Under the pieces are notes generated by a model, which saw only the letters and a list, made by a program, of their open reading frames with translations, did not search any database and was not told the DNA's origin. A DNA stretch of 64,000 nucleotides from an uncultured Actinomycetes bacterium (GTDB lineage: Bacteria; Actinomycetota; UBA4738; HRBIN12): the NCBI GenBank assembly GCA_964640085.1, contig CAZXFA010000010.1:9805-73804 (forward strand), given 5' to 3'. This document shows, one piece after another, positions 8,044 through 18,552 of the stretch; the first letter of the stretch is position 1, and each line of letters opens with the position of its first letter. The translations under genes and the position numbers were made by a program.

Positions 8044-9435
8044 TCAGGCGGCGTGTCCGATCTCGTGCTTGCGCCGCTCCACGAACGCCGTCAGAGCCTC
8101 CTCCACGTCCGGGTCGAGGGGCGGCGGTTCGTAGCGATCCAGCAGCTCGCGCCAGCCCACGACGGCCTGGGGTGGTGCGGCCGCTGCGACCTCCCGGACG
8201 TGTCGCAGGGTATGCCTGGCACCGAGGAACGTGCCGCCGGGCCCGACCTCGCGGAACGCGTCCGCTGCGAAGTCCTCTTCCTCGGCCGGGAACCGCGTCG
8301 TGAGGAGGCGCTCGAACACCGCCAGCGGCCAGGCGTCCTGCGCGAGCTTCTCCAGGGAGGCCTCCAGCGAGCCCTCGACCCATCCGGCCCCATGCACGAC
8401 CAGGTTGGCTCCCGAGAGCAGGGTCGGCCAGAGCGACATCAGGGACTCCTGCGCCGCCCGCACGTCCGGCTCCGCTCGACCGGTCAGCGCCCCGCCGGCG
8501 CGGAACGGCAGGCCGTACCGCCGGGCCATCTGCCCAGCCGCCAGGATCGCCAGGGCGGAGCCGGCCGTCCCGAAGATCGGCGTTCCGAGGTGGAGGTCGA
8601 TCTCGGAGACGAAGGTCCCGAAGACGCACGGGGTGCCCGGGCGGACGGTCTGGACGAGCGCCACGCCGGCGAGCGCCTCCGCGGTGGAGCCAGCCAGGGC
8701 CCCCGCCAGCCCGAGCGGTGCGGTGGCGCCGGCGAGCACGAACGGCATGAGCACGACCGGCTGGCCGGCCGCGGCGAACGCCATCAGCGACCCCGCCATC
8801 CGCTCGTCGTACTGGAGAGGGCTGATCGGGTTCACGATGCCCAACAGGACCGGTTCGCGCTCGATCGCCTCCCGCCCGCCGAACGCGAGCGCCGCGAGCT
8901 CGAGGCAGTCCGCGCTCGTCTCGGCCGAGACGCCGTCGGCGAAGTACGGCTTGTCCGTCGCGCGGATCACCTCGAGGTCCATGTCGAGGTGCCGGGAGGC
9001 CACGGGGAGATCGTCCGGCTCGACGATCGCGCTCATCGCCAGGTGCAGCTGGGGCACGACCTGGTTTAGACGGACGAACCGACGATAGTCCTCCCACGTC
9101 GCGGGACGACGGCCCTCGTGGTCGAGGACGAACGGCGCCCCGCCCGTGGGCGCGATCGCCAGATGGTCGCCGCCGATCCGGAGCGTCCGATGCGGCGCCC
9201 GGCCGCGGACCTCGAACGAGCGCGGGGCCAGCCCCACGCGCTCGAGCACGAACCCGCGATCGAGGTGGGCGACCCCGTCGCGGACCTCCACGCCGGCATC
9301 GGCCAGCAGCGCGGCGGCCGGCGGGTAGGTGAACGCGACGCCGATCTCCTCGAGGAGGGTCATCGCGTGCTCGTGCACGGCCTCGACCCGTTCCTCCGGG
9401 AGCACGTCGACGTGCGGGAAGGTGACCGTCCACAT
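8044..9435 (-). CDS. MttB-family (trimethylamine/glycine-betaine methyltransferase-like, non-pyrrolysine) corrinoid-dependent methyltransferase homolog
   Basis: 463 aa. The N-terminal region (HAMTLLEEIGVAFTYPPAAALLADAGVEVRD) and overall length fit the MttB TIM-barrel family. Start at ATG 9435 (MWTVTF) with SD GAGGTGAG. Confidence 0.7.
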   Translation of the reverse strand: MWTVTFPHVDVLPEERVEAVHEHAMTLLEEIGVAFTYPPAAALLADAGVEVRDGVAHLDRGFVLERVGLAPRSFEVRGRAPHRTLRIGGDHLAIAPTGGAPFVLDHEGRRPATWEDYRRFVRLNQVVPQLHLAMSAIVEPDDLPVASRHLDMDLEVIRATDKPYFADGVSAETSADCLELAALAFGGREAIEREPVLLGIVNPISPLQYDERMAGSLMAFAAAGQPVVLMPFVLAGATAPLGLAGALAGSTAEALAGVALVQTVRPGTPCVFGTFVSEIDLHLGTPIFGTAGSALAILAAGQMARRYGLPFRAGGALTGRAEPDVRAAQESLMSLWPTLLSGANLVVHGAGWVEGSLEASLEKLAQDAWPLAVFERLLTTRFPAEEEDFAADAFREVGPGGTFLGARHTLRHVREVAAAAPPQAVVGWRELLDRYEPPPLDPDVEEALTAFVERRKHEIGHAA

Positions 9436-9645
9436 CGCCCTCACCTCTCGGCGGTCGGACGAAGCGCCTCCCCCCACCCGGCGGCATCCTCGCTCGACCG
9501 GGTTTCCTCACGGAGCCGCGCGCCGCCGGTCCGCCCGATCCCAGCCTAGGAGCGGGGTCGGTGAGGAGCAAGGCGTCGGGCTCGACCGGCGGTCACCTCC
9601 CGCGCGACGCATCCTCGACCGATCGGTCTGGCAGGATAAGAGGCC

Positions 9646-10917
9646 GTGGATCCGCGCCGCGTTGCCGCCGTCGTGACCGTCTCGGACGGCGTGAGCCACG
9701 GCACTCGGGTCGACGAGTCGGGCGACCTGGCGGAGGCTATGCTCCGCGAGGCCGGCTTCGACGTGGTCGAGCGCGCCGTAATCCCCGACGAGCGTCCGCG
9801 GATCGAGTCCCTGCTGGTCGAGCTCGCCGACGCCAAGGCGATCCGGCTCGTCGTCACCACCGGCGGAACCGGTTTCGGACCCCGGGACGTGACGCCCGAG
9901 GCGACCCGTGCCGTGATCGATCGGGAGGCGCCCGGTCTGGCCGAGCTGATGCGCGCGCAGGGGCTGGCGAAGACGCCGCTCGCCGCGCTGTCCCGGGCCG
10001 TGGCCGGCACCCGTGGTTCGACGCTCGTGGTGAACCTCCCCGGGAGCCCGAAGGGCGTGCGCGAGAGCCTGGACGCCGCCCTCACGGTGATCCCTCACGC
10101 GGTCGAGCTGCTCGCCGGCGCGACGGGACCGCACCCCACAGGCCACGGCGAGGCCTCCGCGGTCGGGGGGACCGTGCGGGCTGGCGACCGTTCCCTCGGG
10201 TCGTCCGAGCGTCCCTGGGTCGAGGCCACGGCCGTGAAGATCCTCGAGGGGACGCCCCCGTGCCGCGTCGGCAACCGGTTCCGCGTGTCATCCGACGGAC
10301 CGGTCCAGGGCACGCTCGGGTGCGCCGAGTTCGATGCGGCGGCGGAGGAGGACGCGGCCAAGGTGCTCGCTCTCGGTGAGCCCGTCACGCGCACGTACCG
10401 GCACGAGCTGGGGTCGGTCGAGGTGTACCTCGAGCCGCATCTGCCCTCGCCGCGACTCGTCGTGGTCTCGGCGACCGAGGTGGCGCTCCACCTGCTGCGC
10501 CTCGGCCGGACCCTGCGGTACGAGACCGTGCTGGTGGAGCCGCGGTCGACCCGGGTGACCCCAGCCCAGGCCGGCGAGGCCGGCCGGCGGGTCGAGGCCG
10601 TGGCCGACGCGGCGCCGGACGAGCGGACCGATGTCGTGTTCACCGACCACGACGCGCCGGACCTCGTCGAGATGTTGGCGGCGGTCCTGCGCTCGCCGGC
10701 GCGGTTCGTCGGCGTGATGGGGAGTCGGCGCCACGTCGGCCGATACGTCGAAGAGCTCCGGGCGAGGGGGTTCGACGAGGAGGCGCTCGAACGCGTCCGT
10801 TCGCCGCTCGGGCTCGATCTCGGTGGGCAGCGGCCGGAAGAGATCGCGGTCTCGATCGCGGCCGGGCTCGTCGCCGCGCGCCACGGTCGAGACGGCGGCT
10901 GGCTCGACGCGCGGTGA
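9646..10917 (+). CDS. fusion protein: MogA/MoaB molybdopterin adenylyltransferase domain (N-terminal, about 165 aa) plus XdhC/CoxI-family Moco-insertion chaperone (XdhC_CoxI and XdhC_C Rossmann domains)
   Basis: The N-terminal part carries GGTG(F) and a MogA fold (VVTTGGTGFGPRDVTPEAT...LPGSPKG). The C-terminal part has XdhC motifs (RLVVVSATEVALHLLRLGRTLRYETVLVEPR...FVGVMGSRRHVGRYVEELRARGF...SPLGLDLGGQRPEEIAVSIAAGLVAARHG). Confidence 0.75.
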   Translation: MDPRRVAAVVTVSDGVSHGTRVDESGDLAEAMLREAGFDVVERAVIPDERPRIESLLVELADAKAIRLVVTTGGTGFGPRDVTPEATRAVIDREAPGLAELMRAQGLAKTPLAALSRAVAGTRGSTLVVNLPGSPKGVRESLDAALTVIPHAVELLAGATGPHPTGHGEASAVGGTVRAGDRSLGSSERPWVEATAVKILEGTPPCRVGNRFRVSSDGPVQGTLGCAEFDAAAEEDAAKVLALGEPVTRTYRHELGSVEVYLEPHLPSPRLVVVSATEVALHLLRLGRTLRYETVLVEPRSTRVTPAQAGEAGRRVEAVADAAPDERTDVVFTDHDAPDLVEMLAAVLRSPARFVGVMGSRRHVGRYVEELRARGFDEEALERVRSPLGLDLGGQRPEEIAVSIAAGLVAARHGRDGGWLDAR

Positions 10918-10933
10918 GCCGGCCGCCGGCGCG

Positions 10934-11710
10934 ATGAGCGGGCCCCGACGCGCGATGAGCGGGCGTCACGTACGGAAGAACCGGCGGTACTGGGAGGGCG
11001 TGAGCGAGGAGTACCAGCGGAAGCACGCGCGGCAGCTAAACCGATTCGACCGTCCTCGGTGGGGCGTGTGGGGCATCCCGGAGTCGACGCTCCGGGTATT
11101 GGGCGAGGTCCGCGGGCTGGACGTGCTCGAGTACGGCTGCGGGGCCGGTCAGTGGAGCATCGCCCTGGCCCGGATGGGGGCCCGCCCCGTGGGGCTGGAT
11201 CTCTCGCAGGCGCAGCTTCGGCACGCTGTCGAGCTCATGGCGCGCGCGGGGGTGCGCTTCCCCCTCGTGCACGCCGATGCGGAACACACCCCGTTCGCCG
11301 ATCGCAGCTTCGACGTCGTGATGTGCGATCACGGTGCGATGACCTTCGCCGACCCCCAGCGGACCGTGCCGGAGGTCGCACGGCTGCTGCGCCCGGGCGG
11401 GCTGTTCGCGTTCAACCACGCGAGCGCGTTCCACGCGCTCTGCTGGGACGATCGCCGGGACCGGGTCGCGACCCGGTTGGCGCGCGACTACTTCGACACC
11501 GGGCGATGGGACGAGGAGACCGTTGACTTCATGATGCCCTACGGGGAGTGGATCCGCCTCTTCCGGCGACACGGCCTCGAGGTCGAGGATCTGATCGAGC
11601 CGCGACCCCGGGCCGACGCCCGCACCACCTACCCCTGGTTCGCGCCGCTTGCCTGGGCCCGGCGCTTCCCCGCCGAGAGCATCTGGAAGCTGCGACGGCG
11701 TGTGGGCTGA
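10934..11710 (+). CDS. class I SAM-dependent methyltransferase
   Basis: Motif I LEYGCGAGQWS and a methyltransferase fold. The start is ambiguous (ATG 10934 or 10955, inside a duplicated GCGATGAGCGGG). The track ORF starts at 10823 but overlaps the upstream gene. Confidence 0.7.
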   Translation: MSGPRRAMSGRHVRKNRRYWEGVSEEYQRKHARQLNRFDRPRWGVWGIPESTLRVLGEVRGLDVLEYGCGAGQWSIALARMGARPVGLDLSQAQLRHAVELMARAGVRFPLVHADAEHTPFADRSFDVVMCDHGAMTFADPQRTVPEVARLLRPGGLFAFNHASAFHALCWDDRRDRVATRLARDYFDTGRWDEETVDFMMPYGEWIRLFRRHGLEVEDLIEPRPRADARTTYPWFAPLAWARRFPAESIWKLRRRVG

Positions 11711-13151
11711 CCGCGTCGGCCTCCGCGCCGGGCTGGCGTTCGCGCTCGCGGCGGGCACCCTCGTGCTCGCCGCGACCCGGCCGGCACCCGCCTCCAATCC
11801 CGACCTTCGACCCAACGTCGTCCTCATCCTGACCGACGACCAGGCGCCGGGCTCCGTGCCCCACGACCCGCCCGCGATGCCGGCGTTCCAGGCCATGGTC
11901 GAGGACCCGTCCGAGCACTGGGTGTGGTTCCCGAACGCGTTCCTTTCCACCCCGCTCTGCTGCCCCTCCCGGGCCTCGATCCTCACCGGCCGCTCGGACC
12001 TGCGGACCGGGGTCCGCACGAACCACGATGGCCACCTCCTCGATCCCACCGACAACCTCGCGGCGTGGCTGCACGACGCCGGGTACCGGACGGCCCTGAT
12101 CGGCAAGTACCTCAACGGGTACCCCTTCGACGGGCAGCCGTTGGTGCCGCCGGGATGGGACCGGTGGCTCGTGAAGCGTCAGGGGGCCCAGTCGACCGCG
12201 TACTACGACCACGTGCTGCTGGACCAGGGGTTCCCGGTCCCCTCCGGCGACGCTCCCGACGGGTACCTGACGGACGTGCTGGCGGAGGCCGCCGTGAGCT
12301 TCATCGAGGGGACGCCGGCAGATCGTCCCTTCTTCCTTATGGTGACGCCGACCGCGCCGCACCGTCCGTGGACGCCGGCGCCTCGGCACCGGGGCGCCTT
12401 CGCGGGCGTGCGCCTGGTCGAACCGCCGTCGGTCGGGGAGGAGGACGTCTCGGACAAGCCCGCCTGGGTCCGGGCCCTCCCGCCGCTCGACGAGGGGCGT
12501 CGAAAGCAGCTCGCCGGGGTCCGGGTGCGGTCGTTCGAGACCCTGCTGGCGGTGGACGACCTGGTAGCGGGGATCGTCCGGGCGCTGGAGGAACGCGACC
12601 TGCTCGGACGAACGGCGATCTTCTTCCTCACCGACAACGGGTTCTCGCTCGGCGAGCACCGCTGGCTCGGGAAGACCTGCCCGTACGAGGAGTGCATCCG
12701 CACGCCGTTCTTCGTCCGGTACCCGGGCGCCGCCGCCCGAGCGGCACCGATGCTCGTCTCGAACCTCGACCTCGCACCAACGATCGCCGAGCTGGCGGGC
12801 GTGTCTGCGTCGGACCCCGTGGACGGTCGGAGCCTCGTGCCGGTGCTGGAAGGTGAGCCGGTCGAGCCCACGGCCGGACTGTTCCTCGACTACGTCGGCG
12901 ATGCCCACGTGCCGGGGTGGTCGGCGATCCGCACGGAGGCGCTCGTCTACGTCGAGTACGTGACTGGCGAACGCGAGCTCTACGACCTGGCCGGATACCT
13001 CGGGCCGGCCGATCCGTACGAGCTGGAGAACCGGATCGGGCACCCCACGTACGGGACGGTGGTCCGTGAGCTCGCGGCGGAGTTGGGGCGTCTGCGCGAG
13101 GCTGCCACGAGCCCGAACGCGGGTCTGAGCGCGGTAGGGTTGCCGCCGTGA
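11700..13151 (+). CDS. sulfatase (arylsulfatase family, formylglycine-dependent; C-x-P-x-R motif CCPSR)
   Basis: VVLILTDDQ...[17 protein letters not shown] with an N-terminal signal-like segment. Start chosen at GTG 11700, overlapping the methyltransferase stop; ATG 11649 is the alternative. Confidence 0.8.
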   Translation: MWADRVGLRAGLAFALAAGTLVLAATRPAPASNPDLRPNVVLILTDDQAPGSVPHDPPAMPAFQAMVEDPSEHWVWFPNAFLSTPLCCPSRASILTGRSDLRTGVRTNHDGHLLDPTDNLAAWLHDAGYRTALIGKYLNGYPFDGQPLVPPGWDRWLVKRQGAQSTAYYDHVLLDQGFPVPSGDAPDGYLTDVLAEAAVSFIEGTPADRPFFLMVTPTAPHRPWTPAPRHRGAFAGVRLVEPPSVGEEDVSDKPAWVRALPPLDEGRRKQLAGVRVRSFETLLAVDDLVAGIVRALEERDLLGRTAIFFLTDNGFSLGEHRWLGKTCPYEECIRTPFFVRYPGAAARAAPMLVSNLDLAPTIAELAGVSASDPVDGRSLVPVLEGEPVEPTAGLFLDYVGDAHVPGWSAIRTEALVYVEYVTGERELYDLAGYLGPADPYELENRIGHPTYGTVVRELAAELGRLREAATSPNAGLSAVGLPP

Positions 13152-14776
13152 GCCACTCGCCCGGTCCCGGCTCGCGCGTCCCGGTGCCGCGCAACCGCCT
13201 GCGGTTCTCTCGTCGCCGAACCGCTCGACGCCGGGGGTTCATCGCCTTCGCCGTGGTGGTTGCCCTGCTGATCGGTTGGCGGGCGTGGGCGGCGCTTGAT
13301 CGCGACGAGGATCGGGTCGGGGTCATGCCCACCCCCACCGGTACCACCGGCGGGGGTGGCGACGGCGACGGCGACGGTGACCGTGGTGGGGACGGGGATG
13401 ACGTCCAGCCCCAGATCGCCCCCGGCGAGACGCCCATAGAGCACGTGGTGTTCATCGTCAAGGAGAACCGGACGTTCAACCACTACTTCGCCACGTACCC
13501 CGGGGCCGAGGGCTCGACCGAGGGCGGGACGATCGAGTGCACCGAGGACGGATGCGAGGACGGGCCCGTCGTCCAGCTCACGGAGGCGGAGGACACGCAG
13601 CCGCACGACCTCACGCACTGCTTCCGCTGCGGGCTCGTCGCGATCAACGGCGGCAAGATGAACGGGTTCAACCGGATGAACGGGGTGATCCCGCAGTCTG
13701 GTGACCGCGCGCTCTTCTTCGGGCGGGACCTGTCCGGGTACAACTACCACGATCGCGACACGCTCCCGAACTACTGGGCGTACGCCGACCGCTTCGTGCT
13801 GGCCGATCACTTCTTCACGTCGATGTACGGCCCGACGCTGCCCGAGCACCTCTACACGGTCGCCGCCCAGGCCAACCACATCGTGGACAACAAGGGACAG
13901 ACGGACACCCCGGGCAGCTACTGCGACGACTCCACCGAGACCGCGACGCGGTTCATCCCCCGTGAGGTGCGGGAGAACGAGCGCCGGATCCTCCAGCTCG
14001 AGCGCGAGATCACTGCGAACGGCTCCAACACCTACGAGCTGGGGAAGTTCTGGAACCAGACCCGGCTCTGCTTCGACATCCCGGTGCTGCCCGACCAGCT
14101 CGAGGAGGCCGGGATCAGCTGGAAGTACTACGCGAACGAGAACGCGTGGATGAACGCTCTCCAGATGATCCGTCACGTCCGGTTCGGCCCGATGTGGAGG
14201 AAGGTCGAGCCCCCGGAGAACTTCGTGCGAGACGTCCGGGGGGGCGAGATGCCGCAGGTGTCCTGGATCATCCCCTCTGAGTCGTACAACGAGCACCCCG
14301 GCGGCGGGAAGAGCGTGTGTGCCGGTGAGAACTGGACCGTGCACCAGGTCAACACGATCATGGAGAGCGAGTACTGGCGCTCCACGCTGATCGTGATCGT
14401 GTGGGACGACTTCGGGGGCTTCTACGATCCGGTCCCCCCGCCGCAGACCGACGTGATGGGGCTCGGCCCTCGCACGCCGGCCCTGATCATCTCGCCGTAC
14501 ACGCGGCGGGGCGACAACCCGAACCGCGGGTACGTGGACGAGACCGTCTACGAGTTCAGCTCGGTGCTCGCCTTCATCGAGCGGCTGTTCGGGCTCGAGC
14601 CGATGACCGAGCGCGATGCCAGCGCGAACCCGCTGCTCGGGGCGCTGGAGTTCGAGCGCCCGCGGTTCAAGAAGCTGATCCTCCCGCTGCGCGACGACTG
14701 CCCCTACGGGACCTCGTTCGCCCACTTCCTCGCGAGCTGGCCCCACCTGCGGACGATCGGTAGCCCGTTCGACTGA
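13148..14776 (+). CDS. phosphoesterase family protein (phospholipase C / acid phosphatase AcpA-like)
   Basis: [24 protein letters not shown], the signature of the PLC/AcpA phosphoesterase family. N-terminal TM anchor and a Gly/Asp-rich linker. GTGA overlap with the sulfatase stop. Confidence 0.75.
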   Translation: MSHSPGPGSRVPVPRNRLRFSRRRTARRRGFIAFAVVVALLIGWRAWAALDRDEDRVGVMPTPTGTTGGGGDGDGDGDRGGDGDDVQPQIAPGETPIEHVVFIVKENRTFNHYFATYPGAEGSTEGGTIECTEDGCEDGPVVQLTEAEDTQPHDLTHCFRCGLVAINGGKMNGFNRMNGVIPQSGDRALFFGRDLSGYNYHDRDTLPNYWAYADRFVLADHFFTSMYGPTLPEHLYTVAAQANHIVDNKGQTDTPGSYCDDSTETATRFIPREVRENERRILQLEREITANGSNTYELGKFWNQTRLCFDIPVLPDQLEEAGISWKYYANENAWMNALQMIRHVRFGPMWRKVEPPENFVRDVRGGEMPQVSWIIPSESYNEHPGGGKSVCAGENWTVHQVNTIMESEYWRSTLIVIVWDDFGGFYDPVPPPQTDVMGLGPRTPALIISPYTRRGDNPNRGYVDETVYEFSSVLAFIERLFGLEPMTERDASANPLLGALEFERPRFKKLILPLRDDCPYGTSFAHFLASWPHLRTIGSPFD

Positions 14777-14791
14777 CGCCTGCGGTTTCGC

Positions 14792-16138
14792 TCAGCGGTT
14801 GAAGTCGAACGCCGTCCCCACGCAGTCGGTCCGCACCGGCAGTGGGTCCGGCGGCCGGGGCTCCCGCGTGAAGTCGAACGCCGAGAGCAGGGGCGTGGCG
14901 TCGCGGTCCCGGTGAGTGAGCTGGGTCAGCCCGAAGTTGTCCTCGACGAACCGCAGGACGCTGGAGAACTCGCCGAGCTCGTGCGTCACGTAGCCGCGCT
15001 TCGCGTACGGGCTGATGATCAGCAGCGGGACGCGGACCCCGAAGCCGAACCCGTCCACCTGCGGCGGCGGCACGTGGTCGTAGAAGCCCCCGTAGTCGTC
15101 CCAGGTGAGGAAGATGGCGGTGGTCTCCCACTGGGGGCCTTCCATCAAGGCGTTCACGATCTCGGTCGTCCAGTTCTCGCCGTGGCACATGCTGTACTCG
15201 GGGTGCTCGGACAGCTCGAACCGCGGCGTGACCCAGGTGACGGGCTGGAGCAGCCCCTCCCGGGCCTGGCGGACGAAGTCGTCCACCGGGAACACGTGGT
15301 TCTGCCAGATGTCCGGGTCCTCCCGGATGTGGCGGATCGCGTCGTAGGCCGACCACAGGTACCCGTTCTGCATGTTCGTGGCCGAGTAGTAGGACCAGGG
15401 GATCCCAGCCTCCATCAGCAGGTCGGCCTCCGTGATGAAGTCGAAGCACGGCGGCAGGTTCTTCACGTTGCCCTCGCGGTCCTCGACCGGGACGTAGGCC
15501 TCCTCGATTGAGTCGCACCCCCAGGCCTTGAACAGCCCGGTCCCGCGATGCCGCTCGCGTAGCAGGTCGTTGTCCTGGATCGGGTTCTCGTGCGTGCCTC
15601 CCGACTGCGCCGCGATCGTGTACAGGTGGTTCGGGAACGAGGGCCCGTGGGCGCTCGCGAAGAAGTTGTCGCCCAGGACGTACTCCCGGGCCCAGTGCCA
15701 GTAGTTCGGCAGGTCCTCGGGCAGGTACTGCGTGTACGCGTACAGGTCCGCCGCCTCGCTGATCGTGGCGAACCCGTCCATCTCCCCCTCGTTCCAGGCC
15801 TGGAGGGCGCACCGGTAGCAGTGCTTGATGTCTTCCGGGATCGCGTCGAGCGCGAGGGTCAACGGCCGCGGCTCGCCCCGATCGATCCCGACCGTGACCC
15901 CGTTCGCGCCGGGGAACCGGCCGAACATGTTGTCGAAGGTCCGGTTCTCCTTGATAACGAACACGACGTGCTTGATCGGCGTCGCGGTCTCGAGGGTCGA
16001 CGCGTCGAACGGCCCGGGCTCGGTGCCGAGGTCGAGCGCAGGGAGCGGGTCCCACTCGGGGACGTCCCGCGCGCAGGCCGCGGCGACGGCGGCGAGGGCA
16101 AGGACGAGGGCGGAGAACCGTACGACGGTCGAGCGCAC
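14792..16138 (-). CDS. phosphoesterase family protein (phospholipase C / AcpA-like), lipoprotein paralog
   Basis: [24 protein letters not shown] and a lipobox-like signal (LAAVAAAC). It converges on the paralog with only a 15-bp gap. Confidence 0.75.
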   Translation of the reverse strand: MRSTVVRFSALVLALAAVAAACARDVPEWDPLPALDLGTEPGPFDASTLETATPIKHVVFVIKENRTFDNMFGRFPGANGVTVGIDRGEPRPLTLALDAIPEDIKHCYRCALQAWNEGEMDGFATISEAADLYAYTQYLPEDLPNYWHWAREYVLGDNFFASAHGPSFPNHLYTIAAQSGGTHENPIQDNDLLRERHRGTGLFKAWGCDSIEEAYVPVEDREGNVKNLPPCFDFITEADLLMEAGIPWSYYSATNMQNGYLWSAYDAIRHIREDPDIWQNHVFPVDDFVRQAREGLLQPVTWVTPRFELSEHPEYSMCHGENWTTEIVNALMEGPQWETTAIFLTWDDYGGFYDHVPPPQVDGFGFGVRVPLLIISPYAKRGYVTHELGEFSSVLRFVEDNFGLTQLTHRDRDATPLLSAFDFTREPRPPDPLPVRTDCVGTAFDFNR

Positions 16139-16166
16139 GGCACCCGAACCTACCGCATCCCGGCGT

Positions 16167-17579
16167 TCAAACGGGTTGGAGCTCGCGCCCCTCCGAGGTG
16201 GTCAGGTACCCGCGCCAGTAGGCCTGCCCCTCCTCGGGGAGGGTGGAGATGGGGTCGAAGTACGGGTACTCGCGCTCGAGGGCCTCCGGGTCGTCGTGCT
16301 CGATCCCGGTCCGGTAGTTCTTCCGCCAGTAGCTGATGCCCTTCACCTGGTCGTAGCCGCTCACCATGTGGACCCACCGCTTGCCGACGAACGGCACGTC
16401 GGCGACGAACCGCGGGGTCGCGAACCCCGGCAGGTACCCCATGATCGCGAACTGGAGCTCCTGCGCCTCCCAGAGCGCGAGCCGCCAGTGCTCGCTGTTG
16501 GGGATCATGTCGCACAGGTAGAAGTAGTACGGCATGACGCTCGCGTGATCCAGCAGCATGAAGCACAGCTCCAGGATCTGGTTCGGCGTGGTGTTCACCC
16601 CTCGCAGCAGGACGCCCTGGTTCCGCACGTCCCGATAGCCCATATCGAGGAGCTCGCGGACCGCCTTGCCGACCAGGGGCGTCACCTGCTGCGCGGCGTT
16701 CACGTGCGTATGGATCGCGACCTCCACGCCGCGTTCGTGCGCGCGCTTGGCGATCGACTGGTAGCCCTCCAGCACCTCGTCCTGCAGGAAGTGCTGCGGG
16801 ATCCCCATCAGGCCCTTCGTCGCGATCCGGACGTCGCGGATGTGCTCGATGTCGAACAGCTTGAACAGCCAGTCCCGGAGGCGCTTGATCGGGACGTTGG
16901 CCATGTCGCCGCCCGAGACGACGACGTCGCGCACCGACGGGGTCTTCCGAAGGTAGTCGAGCATCGCGTCCCAACGCTCGTTCTGCTTGGTCTCGAACTT
17001 GTACTTCAGGACCTGTAGCGTGTCGTTGCCCACCAGGTCCATCCGCGTGCAGTGCCCGCAGTACTGCGGGCACGTGGGGATCAGCTCGGCCAGGACCTTC
17101 GTCGGGTACCGGTGGGTCAGGCCCTCGACCGCCCACATCTCGGCCTCGTGCAGCGAGTCGCGGCTGGCCATCGGGTGGGAGGGGAACTCGGTCTCGCGGT
17201 CGCTGAACGCCGGGGCCATGTAGCGGCGCACCGGATCGTGCCGCAGGTCGGTCTCGTCCATCGTGTTGACCATCTGCGGCGGGATCAGCATCGACATCGT
17301 GGCGCGCTCCAGCTGGTCGCGCTCGATGTCCGCGTAGAGCTCCTCATCCAGGAGATCGCCGAGCGCGCGCTTGAACTCGACGAGGTTCTTGACCGAGTGG
17401 GCGCGCTGCCACTGCGCCGACCCCCATTGCTCCCGCGTGACGTCGCGGTAGCCGGGCAGGCGCGTCCAGTCCGGTTCGGCGTACTCGCGCCGGAGCGGGT
17501 ACTCGAAGGGCTGTTCGGCCGCGTGGGCGCGACCGACCTCGCGCCTGGGCCGGGTCTTCTCGGCGTGGTCCTGGCTCAT
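16167..17579 (-). CDS. KamA-family radical SAM aminomutase (lysine 2,3-aminomutase-like) with an N-terminal extension of about 110 aa
   Basis: [10 protein letters not shown] radical-SAM Cys triad and KamA-like downstream regions. Start at ATG 17579 (SD GAGGTGG); the track ORF uses GTG 17588. Confidence 0.8.
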   Translation of the reverse strand: MSQDHAEKTRPRREVGRAHAAEQPFEYPLRREYAEPDWTRLPGYRDVTREQWGSAQWQRAHSVKNLVEFKRALGDLLDEELYADIERDQLERATMSMLIPPQMVNTMDETDLRHDPVRRYMAPAFSDRETEFPSHPMASRDSLHEAEMWAVEGLTHRYPTKVLAELIPTCPQYCGHCTRMDLVGNDTLQVLKYKFETKQNERWDAMLDYLRKTPSVRDVVVSGGDMANVPIKRLRDWLFKLFDIEHIRDVRIATKGLMGIPQHFLQDEVLEGYQSIAKRAHERGVEVAIHTHVNAAQQVTPLVGKAVRELLDMGYRDVRNQGVLLRGVNTTPNQILELCFMLLDHASVMPYYFYLCDMIPNSEHWRLALWEAQELQFAIMGYLPGFATPRFVADVPFVGKRWVHMVSGYDQVKGISYWRKNYRTGIEHDDPEALEREYPYFDPISTLPEEGQAYWRGYLTTSEGRELQPV

Positions 17580-17901
17580 CGTTCCCACCTCATCGTCACT
17601 CTAAGCCGTCGTGCGTAGGACCTCCGCGGTCGTCGAACGAACAAGGTCTAGGATGCCATCATACGCGCGGTTCGTCCGGTGAGGCGGACCTATCGGCCGA
17701 AGTTCGTCCGGCATCCTCCTTCAGCGAACACCAGGTCGGATGGGCCGCGAGCGTCGGTCCGCCTCGGGTGGTATCGTCCGGCGCGAGGGTGCAGCACACG
17801 GTTGTTCGGCAACGCGGGCAGTTCCCTCCCGGCGCTCCGGTGCCGGTGGGCCCGAAGGGCGGCGGCACAGGCCCGGACGGCCAAGGAAGGGGGGATCGCT
17901 C

Positions 17902-18105
17902 GTGGCAACCGGAACCGTGAAGTGGTTCAGCCCCGAGAAGGGCTACGGCTTCATCTCCCAGGAGGGTGGGCCCGACGTCTTCGTGCATTTCAGCGCGATC
18001 GTGGGCGAGGGCTTCCGCAACCTCGAGGAGGGCCAGCAGGTCGAGTTCGAGGTGACCCAGGGGGACAAGGGCCCCCAGGCCGCCAACGTCCGGCCCGTCG
18101 GCTGA
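17902..18105 (+). CDS. cspA: cold-shock protein (CspA family)
   Basis: [33 protein letters not shown], 67 aa. GTG start with SD AGGAAGGGGGG, and a long 5' UTR of about 300 nt upstream, as is typical of csp genes. Confidence 0.85.
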   Translation: MATGTVKWFSPEKGYGFISQEGGPDVFVHFSAIVGEGFRNLEEGQQVEFEVTQGDKGPQAANVRPVG

Positions 18106-18121
18106 ACCGAACCGCAACGTG

Positions 18122-18148
18122 AACCGAGGGACCCGCTCGCCGGGTCCC
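18122..18148. terminator. Perfect hairpin CGAGGGACCCG-ctcgc-CGGGTCCCTCG between convergent genes (bidirectional terminator candidate)
   Basis: 11-bp stem seen directly, 17 bp after the csp stop. Confidence 0.5.
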
Positions 18149-18174
18149 TCGGTGCGTTCGGGGCCGTTTCGAGG

Positions 18175-18450
18175 TCAGCGACCGCGAGGGCCGCCGCGGC
18201 CCACGCCGCGCGGCCGCCGCTCGCGCTGGTACGTGTCCTTCTCGTGGCGCGGCAGCCGGAGCTTGAGCGGCGGGGGGCCGGTGCGCTCGTACCGGACCCA
18301 GAGGTGGTCGATCTGCGGCTTGCGCTCGACCTCCCGCCAGCCGTTGGCGAGCAGGTGACGGTGGCGCCCGGCGGCGTTCTTGCGCAGCTTGTCCGTGTTC
18401 GGCTCCTTCAGGTAGAGCCGTTCCACGCGGACCTCTTTGAAGTCGGCCAT
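18175..18450 (-). CDS. hypothetical basic protein (91 aa) with an Arg/Gly-rich C-terminal tail
   Basis: Track ORF MADFKEVRVERLYLKEPNTDKLRKNAAGRHRHLLANGWREVERKPQIDHLWVRY...RRPRGVGRGGPRGR. No family recognised. It converges on csp. Confidence 0.4.
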   Translation of the reverse strand: MADFKEVRVERLYLKEPNTDKLRKNAAGRHRHLLANGWREVERKPQIDHLWVRYERTGPPPLKLRLPRHEKDTYQRERRPRGVGRGGPRGR

Positions 18451-18552
18451 GCGCCTCAGGGTAGCAGGGCGGCTCTCCGGTCAGGCCGCATGCCGAGGCG
18501 GGCCGCCGGGTAGTCTTGGAGAAACGCCGGACCGAACGGGAGGACGCCGCGT

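Noticed and set aside
9436-9645. Possible Moco riboswitch in the 210-bp divergent region between the mttB-like gene and the MogA-XdhC gene
   Set aside because: I could not recognise the conserved Moco-riboswitch helices by eye, and the element is mainly proteobacterial. It would need a covariance-model (Rfam RF01055) scan.
10931-10966. Duplicated 12-mer GCGATGAGCGGG 21 bp apart at the methyltransferase start
   Set aside because: It is a short imperfect direct repeat that only creates two alternative in-frame ATGs. There is no further evidence of function.
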